Source of the DNA: Tubulanus polymorphus
Lineage: Eukaryota; Animalia; Nemertea
Assembly (NCBI RefSeq): GCF_964204645.1
Contig: NC_134026.1
Span: forward strand, 18,448,150 to 18,512,149
Length of the DNA: 64,000 nucleotides
Direction of reading: 5' to 3'
Part shown: piece after piece, positions 38,601-50,600 of the stretch
Layout of the letters: the number at the start of each line of letters is the position of its first letter
How positions within the stretch are numbered: position 1 is the first letter of the stretch
Position numbers and translations under genes: made by a program
Notes under the pieces: generated by a model
Databases searched by the model: none
Told to the model about the DNA's origin: nothing
The model's input: the letters and a program-made list of their open reading frames with translations, nothing else

Positions 38601-41600
38601 AAGTTTTTTCCACATTATATTGATACCTAAGCATAGTTTGTTACCACAATCGATAAGAAAGTTGTAGCCAATAACGTGTTCTATGATTTTTGTGAGTTTC
38701 AAGGTCATTGGTTTTTGTATACGGCCACCAGGGGGCGTTGAATAATACAATAACTTAGTGTTTCTATATTATATTCGTACCTATGCATATTTTGTTATCA
38801 CGATCAATTGCAAAGTTGTGGCTCATGACATCGTCTATGATTGTGGTGAGTTTTAAGGACATTAGTTATCCTATAGCAGATTAGTAGAATAACTTAGTAT
38901 TTCCTTATTAGATTGATACCTAGGCATATTTTGTTACCATGATCAATTGCGAAGTTGTAGTTCATGACATTTTCTATGATTGTGGTGAGTTTCAAGGTCA
39001 TTAGGTTTTGCATATGGTCACCAGGGGACGTTGAATATTAGAATAACTTAGTATTTCCATATTAAATTGGTAACTAGGCATATTTTGTTATTACAATCAA
39101 ATAATAGCTGCTGACGTATTCTATAATTGTGGTGGGTTTCAAGGTCATTGCTGTCATTGCTGTGACCGATGGGTAAGGGGGATTATCTGTCATCGTCTGT
39201 CCGTCCGCCCGTCATCTTTTGCTTCAATTCGCTACTAGTCTGCAGTTTTTTAATCAGATCAATTCCACATTTAGTATGAATGTTCTATGGACCAAGGCCT
39301 ATAAAGAACCATTTTTTTATTCGTGTCCCAGGGGGCGCCCCTGGGGGTGGAGTTTCTATATCTTCAAATCACTACTAGTCCTACAGTTGTAATCAGATCG
39401 ATTCCAAATTTGGTATGAATGTTCTATGAGCCAATGCCTACAAGAGCCCTTTTAGGATTTGGCCACAAGGGATGCAGCTTCTATTTCTTCAAATCACACA
39501 GCAGAGCTATGTTAGCCGATAGGCTCCTTGTCTTCATTATATCATTCCTGTGTAATGTTGTCCAATAATGTAACTTCTCGATGGAAATGAATTTTAGATT
39601 CAATAAATAATTATTTGTAGAAAAATTTGCGCGGATACCAGTAATAAAATTTAGGATGTTACGTAGATAACATGTGCCCATTTTGTTTTTAGGCAAGAAG
39701 GCATTGGCTGATGCTAACATTCCTTACAACGAAATACAACAAGTGTGTGTAGGATATGTTTACGGTAAGTGTGTTTATTTTGAAATCTATATCTCTAAAT
39801 AGGCTCTAAACATAATTTGAAATTGAAATAAATGTAGGTGATAATATATTGTGTTAGATCTAGGCTTTATAAACTGTTTCATGAGTAATTGTGTGTATTT
39901 CATTGATTAGCCTAGTCAGTAGTCAAATCTTTTTAGCCCACTTGGGACTTTAGTCCCAGCGGGCTATTGCGTTCACTTTTCGTCCCTCCGTTCATCCGTC
40001 TGTAGATGGAATCCAGTTATTTTGGGAAGTTTTGAAGGCGCTTCAATGTAATGTCTTCATGTTTGGTTTATACATGTATCTACCCTAGACACATCTTCAG
40101 CCCAAAAACTGGCCCTGTCAGAATCAAGATGGCCGACTGGCAGCCATTGTTGTTCGCCAAAATCAGCACTTTTTACACGTTATTGAACTTTTTGACGGAA
40201 ATTTTGAAGACGCTTTGATCAATTACCTTGATCTTTCGTATATTTGAAGGGCCTATAAGCATAACAAAAATTGGGTCGATCGGACTCAAGATGGTCGCCC
40301 TAGGACCTTTTAAGTGCCTAAAAATGTCAATGTTGGCCCTAGTCATGTAGCTTCCTACTGGTTTGCCATTTCTCATTGCAATTGCGATTCGCAATTGCTG
40401 ATGGGTATTCTTTGAATTACAAAATCGTGGCTGCTGACATGTTCTATTATTGTGGTAAGTTTCCAGGTCATTGGTTTTTATATATGGTCACCAGGGGGCG
40501 TTGAATATTGAAATTGTTAGATCGTTGAGCATTTGAAACCACTTTCCGAGTGGGCATGGTGTCCCTGGACCCCTAGTTTTAAGAAGAAGGGTTGTCAAGG
40601 GTTTCTCTCTTTCGTACTCGTTTTAGCGGATGTTCCCTATCTGAACATCCCTATTTCAAACCTAATAGGTGTAAGGCCTTTTAAATGGCCACAAATTTCG
40701 GTCTAATGACCTCATGCCAAAACGTACGAAGTGAAAACGTCCTCGTCTGTATTATGTCTTCTCCACAATAGGTTTATTAATTAAAATAGCATCTTTAGTT
40801 TATAATAGCATAGGCCTATAACCATCTCAAGTTTATAAATGAATTATGACTGCATGGTAGGCCCTAATACAGGGTATCACTATACGATAGGATATGTATG
40901 AGTATGATGCTATACATATTCAAATGAAATCATCGGGTATGTGTGAAGGTGAAGTCAATGAAGTCAAATCCAAGTAATTTCTTTGAATTAATGTAATTAC
41001 AAAGAATTCTGTTTGATAAGTAGTATTGATAGCGGACGTTTTAACCAACAAAAGCGAGGACGCTTTGACTAACGATAGCAGGGATGTTTTGACCGGTATG
41101 TGTGGACGTTTTGGTAGGAGGACATTTTTACCTGTCACGCATATTGATGAGGGTTTTCATCCATGCATCAGGCATTCTTAATTCTTCGTCTGATTGTAGG
41201 CGATTCAACTTGTGGACAAAGAGCAGTTTATCAACTAGGAATGACTGGAGTACCTATTTATAATGTAAGTACTACGGAATAATTCAGTCTGCTATTATAT
41301 CTTATGGGTCGCTCTAGGAAACTCTTGAAAAGTAAGATAGTTTGGAGAGTGTTTGGAAACCAAGGATTCATATCTGGTACGACTATTAGATCAGTGTGTT
41401 GTAATGCCTATCTGCTATTAGCATGGCTGTCAGATATGGACCCCTAAACATGTTTGGTCATTCCGGACTTTATTTGAAAATATGGAAAACACTCCTTGAA
41501 ACCCCTACACATCCTACAAAATTATTTACTATTTTCCTATTGTTTATTGCATTTAGGTGAACAATAATTGTGCAACAGGTTCGACTGCATTGATAATGGG

Positions 41601-44600
41601 AAAGCAATTTATTGAAGGAGGTAAAGTTATTTTGAAAATCATCCATTGAGATTTAATTTCAGTTGGTCAAATAATCAATTAGAATAAGGATCTACAGAAT
41701 TATCGTGAGGCATCATCTGGAGGCAAACATTTTAATGATCTACTCTACTGCTCTTAAAAACACCAAACTCATCACTTTTTGGCCAAATGTTGAGATTTCT
41801 TGAATATATATCTACATAAAATGAGCTAAGTCTATTGAAGGCCTATCTGTCATTATTATGTCCTGTAATTATTTGGAAAACTAACTTACCTCTGTCTTAA
41901 TCATAGTATTATTGATCTATTCTGATGTAGTAAATCTCACTAAATCTCCTCCATGATTCCAACCTGTTTTTCTCACTTGATAGTTCCCATGTAAATGATC
42001 CACTGTTATTCCAAATTTATTGATATAGACCATGGATAGACAAATTACCCTAGTTTATCTAAAACAATTCTTTAACTTAAATGATCTTATGATTTTAATC
42101 ATGTCTATAGAATAATTAGCCTATAGGCCTATAGTCTTTTCACCACTGTGTCCCTGTTTTGATTGCACTTTCACTGTAATCCTGATTTAGGAATGCTGTT
42201 TCATTATTTGTGTTTGTAGGCTCATCAAATTGTGTTATGGTACTTGGTTTTGAGAAAATGCAAAAGGGTTCGCTCTCAAGCACGGTAATTATTGTTACAT
42301 TGAATTTGCATTTAACAATCTATTAGTGCAGGGGCTGAAGACAAATTGACTAATAAAGATGTATTAGTTCCACTTATAAAAAGGGCAATGATATCTATCA
42401 TTGTTTGATGATGACGTTATTAAAAAGTTATTACAATGCTGCACTTTGGCTCCTGTAGTAATATTATTTCCAAAATTATATTTGAATTATTTTAAATCGT
42501 TATCGCTCAGGAATTTAGCTAAGTAGTGTCATAATATTCCTCAGAAAATTTAGGGGAAAATACGACATTTATTATCATACAAAATAGCTCATTTCCCATT
42601 TACTGTTAACAAAAATTGTTTTCTGCGTACTGAAAGTTAAATGGCGTGGTCTTTAGCCTACCTGTTTTTGAAGACTGAAACTTTCTGACGATATCCAGAC
42701 ATGAATGATGGGAATTTCGAAGAATCGTTGCTTAAAATCGCTGTGTATTGTTAAACATCTTAAAAAAGGAAGAATAGCATCAAATGAAACGGTCACCATT
42801 TCTTAATCGTAGTTCAGTGCCATTGTGAGAAATCCGCCGCTAGGGTCATTATGCTGTTGATAGATGGCAGCCCTTATTGAAACTCGTAACGTTTTGATGT
42901 ACTGAGTTTAATTCCAATTAACTTGAAACTGGATTTTTAGCTCTCCAAATCCAAAATTTGATCTAACGAGTCATCAAATAGATATAAAGTGGATTGTATA
43001 GATTTCACTGACAATCTATTTACTAGTAGTAAGAAAAGTTGATTCGAATTCAATTGAAATGTGGGAGAAATTGAAGCATACTAACCAAATAGGGATCATT
43101 CATTTAATACGTACGCATAAAATTTGAATTTTTCAACCCCCCTCCCCTTCTGTACTCAAAATCGGCCATTTCTTCATATACGTTAAGCACTACAGTACGC
43201 AATTGCACTGACCCCTCCCCTATTGCCTAATGCGTACATAATAAATGAATGACCCCATAGCACTAGTGAACCTGACAGGTCCTCACGGAATCTAGTAGGA
43301 TAGTAACATTGCCTGTACCTCATTATCGTGTTTATATGATAGCGGGCGATATTACAGTAGCTTGTCTTCAGCAAAATGCTCTCATTTCATTTTGCATTTT
43401 ATGATTTTAGTTCGATGATCGAACAAATCCAATGGATAAACATGTGGAATTAATGGCTGATACTCATGGAATTGAACCCCGTGCTATTATGCCACAAATG
43501 TTTGGTAATGCTGGACGTGAACACATGAAAAAATATGGTAAATGTTAGAAACAAGAATCAGGTCTATTAGATCCAGGTCTATTAGAAACCAGAATTTCAA
43601 AGGGCTGGACTTGTGTTGAATTGAATATTTGCGCCCAGTTTTGTAAAAGCTCATTATAATCAATACTTTTAGTAAGTCATAGACAATAAGAAGATTGTCA
43701 TAAATAATTGAAACTGGTCCGCAATACATTATCATACATTATCTTTTGTATCTTTACCCAGGAACGAAGCCGGAAATTTTTGCAAAAATCGCCTATAAAA
43801 ATCATAAACATTCTGTAAACAATCCGTAAGTTGATAAAACTTTGTCAAACGTGATTCTTGCCACCGATCAATAAGAATAGTATTACATATGGTACTGATT
43901 GACCGTTTCTGAATTGGAAAAATCTAAACTAAAACTTTCTTCCATCATCTTGTTTGTTGAGCTTGAAGATGATCTTCTCATTTAGGTATTCTCAGTTCAG
44001 GAAGGAATACACTCTTGAAGAGATTATGCAGTCTCCTATGATCCACGAGCCGCTTACAAAACTCCAATGCTGGTAATATTTCTGAGATATCGTTTTAGTC
44101 AACTTAGGGCATAGCTTAAGTCGGCTATTGCATTCACTTTTTAGAGAACCTATGGTTCACTTTTGCTCTAACTAGTTGATGATATCATTTGCCTAATGGT
44201 GGCTCAGTTTTTATCCATAAGGTCCTGAAATCTGAATTTTTCAACGGATGTGTTATGTAGTGTCTATTTTATGATCTGAAAATTTCTTACAAATCTGAAC
44301 TCAAGTTTTTGTGAAATAATCAAAGATATGCCAAATTCAAAGCGAATTGGAGTTCTTTTTGTTGATACGTGGCTCTTTGTAATCAAAATGTGACCAGACT
44401 GCTAGTACTATGGTATTTAGGATGTTGTTCATACATTGGTACATATTTTTCGCTGAAAAAATCAAGTCACCAAAGCCCACAATCATTTTGAACGAACACT
44501 TGAATCATGTGATGTGTGCATCGCCGTTCATTGGCTATGACCTTATGATCGGTCATAGGTATATTTAAGTCACATAGGATTTGTTCTGATCCTATCGTCA

Positions 44601-47600
44601 TAAGAAATAGAACTTGTCCGCGATCAGTTTTAACAATCTTAAGTACACTCATAGCTCTGAAATTCCCCAACTGTAAAATCGGCAACTGGTTGCCAGTTTC
44701 TTACGATCCGACTGTCGAATCGGATCTTTTGTGATCTGATATATATATAATTAGAGTGCTGAGATAAAATCCCACTATTTACAGATTAAAAGAATTTAAA
44801 AACCAGAATTTATTTATTCAATCAAAAATATATAAAAGACACGACGTTTCGATCTCACCCTAGAGATCATCGTCAGGTGACCTGACACACCTGACGATGA
44901 TCTCTAGGGTGAGATCGAAACGTCGTGTCTTATATATATTTTTGATTGAATAAATAAATTCTGGTTTTTAAATTCTTTTAATCTGTAAATAGTGGGATTT
45001 TATCTTATTATCCGTTCACCACGTTTGAGTGTGGTTATCGTTCTATAGAGTGCTGAGATTTCACACACTTCTGGTGAAAATGTAAAACTCATTCAAGATA
45101 GCTCATGTATTTTGGCGGAATATATATAAATACTGCGTAATCCACACCTCAAAGGATTGTTTCAAGAATTGGTTAAGTACCGCAATCATTGACAGGCAGG
45201 ACTGTCTGCACTGATGGTGCACTTCTAGATCTAAGTTGCGCATCGATATATATTTGATCTTTTAGTCCAACATCTGATGGCTCAGCGGCTGCAATTCTTG
45301 CATCTGAGGAGTTTGTCATAAAACATGGCTTGCAGGACAAAGCAGTTGAAATCGTCGCTATGGAAATGGCCACTGATTTACCAACTACATTTGAAGAACA
45401 AAGTTGCTTGAAAGCAGTAAGAGTTTTTTGTCACAAATCAAGCATGCAACATGCAATATGTTCAACATGCAACATGCAAAGTGTTCATCTCTATAGAGAG
45501 GTGTGCACTGCCAGGGTAGAACCTCGCAATTTATTGCGACAGAATAATAAAATTTAAGCCCCACAATCAAAAAACTGTTTTTTTTCTAAAAAACATCATC
45601 AAGGAATGACAGGGTCCCTATGACTCCTTGATTCCTTGAAATCTCCTTCTAAACAGAAAATGCTTTGAAAGGTGCTTATAACTCCTTGATTGATTTGAGC
45701 AAATGGCTGAAATTCCTTTAAAACTCCTTACATTTTGAGAAATAGGCGATAAGAAACTGTGTAGTTGTAGGCCTACAGTAAACTATGCCTTAATACAGCT
45801 GGGACCAGGATTCCTTCTTTCCCCAATTAGTTGTTTACCGAATTAAAACCAGGTAGTCTACAGAATTGATAGTTTACCAAAATAAATAGTACTGATTTAG
45901 GAGGAGTTATTAGGTAATTAGGATATGAAAGTGATGTGGCCACTTACTCGAAATTTGATATTTTCTCCTTAACAACTCCTTGAAAACTTGCATTCCAGAA
46001 TGCCTGATCTGTAGGGACCCTGAATGATTTAGGTATGCACTGTATGGTTGAATGTCACTTGGTTTTACTGATAATCTTTTCTTTATAGGTTGGATATGAT
46101 ATGACTAGACATGCTGCTGAAAAAGCTTTTAAAAAAGCAGGTAAATGGCATGTTTAGATCCACCAGCCAGCATTCCGAGCCAGTATTCCAAAATATTATG
46201 AAATGAAATGCCTGGCCACAAATTCTGACTGTACAGTATGGCATAAAACTCAATGACTATGAGTATGCTATTCGTACAGCAACTTTACTGGATACTGTTA
46301 AATCATTAGATTTTTCATTTTATTTCATTTTAATGCTCAATAGTAAATAATATGATTTCTAATCGTATGATATAATTTGTGAGTAGCTGTGCACCTGGGC
46401 TTCATTCCGTAGGTCTGCCGTGTAATGCCAGTTGGTTTGTCCTTACTCCTAACACCAGATGAATTTCCATTCAGGAAATTCCCAGATTTCTTATGGTTGC
46501 AGATCAAATCTGATTGTTTATGCATTTTGTGAGGTCAATTGTAGAGATTTTCATCAATTTTTGGCAATTTCTTATCATATATCTCAAGAATTGCAACCAT
46601 GCAATTCTGTTCCATAAAATACTTGTGAGTAACCCGTGGGAACCACAGGTGTTTTTTAGCCCAGAACCTCACACTTTTTGGGTACTTGGCTAGTCTCTGC
46701 CCATGGCGGCCGAGACGATCACCTACAGAACATATCCTGTGCTGAAAGAACTTTAGGCCTATAGGCAGCAAATGAATATTTAGTTTAATGAGAAAAATAT
46801 ATACCTCATGAGTTGAACCTATGATCATTGTGCGTTACTCATGTGCTAATTCATTCCTTTGCTATAATGTTATAGGTCATTTCCGCTGATGCCTGAAATA
46901 TGTTTTTAGGGTTTATTGGGGGCCCACTTTATTACTATGAAATAGCCATTTTACCAGTTCACTCTTATTGCGATCATCAACGTACAAAAAATAAGGGAGA
47001 TACATACAGTTACCTCTTATTTACTGATAGATTAGGGCATCCGGGTAGCTGCGGTAAAATTGTTGAGAAATTCTTTAATTTATCTAAAGATTAATCATGT
47101 ACAAAATGTAATTTTGTTTAATTCCGAAATTAATGTTTGTGTGTTTCAGGTTTAAAGCCAACAGATGTTGATGTTGTTGAGTTACACGATTGTTTTTCGG
47201 CGAACGAATTGATTTCGTACGAAGCTCTTGGACTTTGTAGCTTAGGTATTGTATTGTTCTTTGTTATGAAGGAAATATAAACAGGTTTTAATTTATAGTC
47301 TTGACATTTGATGATTATTAACGCTGTCATAGGACACACCTCACATGGCATTGAGATTATCGGCGGGTATAAAAAATATTTTCACATGGTGCCCGCTTCC
47401 TCGTTACAAAAATAACAATTCCATATTTTTTTTCATTGATACTAATGCATATTTTGTGCCCACAATCAATTGCAAAATTGTTGCTCATCACATGTGCTAA
47501 GATTATGGTGAGTTTCAAGGTCATCGGTTTGTGTATATGTTCGGTAGGGGGCGTTGAGTAGCGGAATAGCGTGGTATTTCTGTATATAGTGGTACCTAGG

Positions 47601-50600
47601 CATATTTCGATGAGACAAGATGTTCTATGATTATGGTGTGTTTCAAGCCCATTGATTACTGTATTTGTTCACCTGAGAGCATTGAATATTGAAATTATCA
47701 GATTGTCAGGCATTTCGCGAAGTGGGTACATGGTGTCCCTGGACCTCTAGTTTAAACACCTGGTAGCTCATCAATCACTGACAGGTATTCAGATTATTGC
47801 ATATATTTTAGTTGCAAATTGATATTTTTTGCATGCACTTTTTTACCAGGTGAAGGTGGCAAGTTAGTCGAGAATAATGATAATACATACGGTGGCAAGT
47901 ATGTAATAAATCCAAGTGGAGGATTGATTTCTAAAGGACATCCTCTAGGAGCAACAGGTAGATAATAAAAGTTTTCTAATATCTTATGTCGCCTTGTGCT
48001 TTTTTACGGATTCCATATGTTGATTATTGTGTTGATTCACATGCTCACCTACAATATACAGTAGAACTGGCGCAAGTTGGACACGTTGGGACAAGGGGAT
48101 AATGTCCGACTTAGAAAAAATCTGATAAGTCGGATTTTTGGGGTTTTCTTAGAAAAATCTGAGTTAGTTACATATTAAGACCCTAAACCCTAACTACTGA
48201 AGAGTGACAAGGGGTCAATACTCTATTCTATAGCTGACTACTATTGTAAACATGCGCTTAACATGTGTCCATCGACAGAAAAATTGATCTGCTGGTACAT
48301 GATAGGCGCTGCACACCATCTTTTTGAAAAGAACTGAAATTAGCCGACAGACTTAGAGATTGAAAAATGCATTGCTTTGAAACTTTCAGAACATACATTC
48401 TAGCCACCTTAGCCCAATTTCTGACTTCCAGAATCCAACTTTGAGATAGATTTTGGTATGAAAATGAACTGAAAAAATCGGGACCTTGGAATTTCAGCAG
48501 ACTTCGCCAATTTTCCAACTTATAGCTGTCCGACTTACGCCAGTTCTACTGTATCAACATAATTTCAGGCCAAAAATGAACACATCAGATTTTTTACACT
48601 TCCTGGAAAAAATTAACCACATTTTATCTTAAATGTCTGTAAGCATCTAATCTACTTGAGTTTTGAGACTGACCTCATTTTGACTCTCACCCCAACCTCA
48701 TCATGAAAAACGGCTCTTTTCTGAAGATTGAATTAAGGCGAGCTACTGTTATGCCTCTGTTATCCAGCATCTAACGATCCAACAGGCTCTAGCACTGTCC
48801 GGTTAAAGAGGCATGGTAGTCAAAACTACGTAGTAAATCAATGATTATTGAAAAATAACAACCACCGATTTGAAAAGCTGATCAGGTATCTTTTGAGAGG
48901 CTGGTAGGAGAAAAAGTCGTGAAGTAATTTTTCTTAGTAAACTATTGTTAGTCACGCCACAGCTGGTTTAACAGAAATACTGCTGCTCGTTGGGTTTCAT
49001 TCTACTTGGCAATTGATAGCATCATGACAGTGTATTATTCTTGCATTCAAGTCTCATTTACACTGTTTTGTATAGGTATTGCACAATGTGCCGAACTATG
49101 TTGGCAGTTAAGAGGTCTTGCTGGGCAGAGGCAAGTGAAGAACGCTCAAATAGCATTACAGCATAATGTTGGATTAGGGGGTGCGGTGGTAGTTGGACTC
49201 TACACAAAGCCTCAATTGACTGACAGCAGGTAATGATTTACAGCATAATATCAAAAAATGTATTTTTGATAATATCTATGATTGTATTGTGATTTGAACA
49301 GGGAAGGATTATAACCAAGATTGGTATTGAAATAGAGCAAAAGATAGTAAACCAGCAATTTTAATTCTAAATGGCACGCAGGTTGTTCTTAGATTTTAAC
49401 GACTAGAATAAAAAATCCAGTCAATTAAACTACCAGATTATGCGTGTTTAGTATTGGTACTGGTTTTTATTATAACTTGTGCAGCTTAACGGGATTCAAA
49501 ATTCGTCTCTAGCATTTCCAAGTTTAAAGCAATAAAATCATTAAACAGGTTTCAATAGTGATATTGTTTGAACTTTGATTTTTAATTTTTAATGAGTCAC
49601 GTGAAATGCACGCACTCTATCTATATCTTATATAGGCCTAATGCTTTATACATGCTAGATTTAATATACGAGCACAGATAATATTTAAATCAATGATCAG
49701 ATCATAGTACATGTACCAGGAAATAATTTGATTCTAGGAACAAAATGAAGGGAAGTTCTACATCTGGTGGTAATTCAGGTGGAAATGATGGAAGTAACTT
49801 CAAATGTGCTCCTATATTTGAAGAAATAAAGAAAGGTCTTAAACAGGTACGCAGGTGGATATGAGCAGATTGAATTTGATTGGTCATCATCTTGATTGTG
49901 ACATGCGCATTTGGGGAATTCATGTGTTAAATCCCACGTGGAATTTCTATAACCAGAAAGCATGCAAATTCCGATAGAAAGGGAACATTTATTAAGAGTA
50001 TATACATTGATCACGTTAAGATGGCCCATAACTTTTTTGCACAAATATTTTGGGTACGCTGGTACACACCACCAAGAACAAGTGGTGTTACACACTGCCT
50101 GTCTTAGTCTTCTCTCCCAAAGATATACTGGTACTATACTGTTGTGTTTGGGCTACTGGATCAGGGATCTTGTCCACCTTACTCAAACTCAAAGCTTCGA
50201 CAGAAAAAAACGCAAACTTATATATTATCACGATGCATCAATGGCCTCACTACGTCTCCTACATGTCAATTTACACATAACATAACATACACACGGAAAC
50301 TTCATAGAATTATTAGCAAGACCATTTAACCATTTTATTCCTTTCATTCTGCAATATCATAAGAAATATAAGAAAGAAGTCAATCAAACAGCATGTAGAC
50401 TTTATGTGACTAGCTACCTAGCTAAACACGCAGATCATACACTTTTGCCTTTTGTCTTAGCTGCAGCTAGCATCACGCTTATTTCATTACCAATTTGAAT
50501 GTTCAACTCTTGGTTTTCAGGATGGTGCTAATATTGTGAAGAAGATGAAAGGTGTTTTCGTATTCAAAGTGACAAATGGCCCAAATGGTAAAGATGGCGT

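Larger units (their letters stand above)
44762..45045. mobile_element. Penelope-like retroelement remnant: inverted terminal repeat with tail
   Basis: Near-perfect 118-bp inverted arms 44762-44879 and 44888-45005, a 40-bp extension on one arm, AATAAA in the arms, and a 14-bp direct repeat TAGAGTGCTGAGAT at 44752-44765 and 45046-45059. Confidence 0.8.

Noticed and set aside
40700-41140. Element with repeated GGACGTTTTG / AAAACGT motifs
   Set aside because: Probably a decayed MITE, but the ends and TSD could not be defined.
48181-48194. CCCTAAACCCTAAC telomere-like motif
   Set aside because: Only two imperfect units, inside a MITE.
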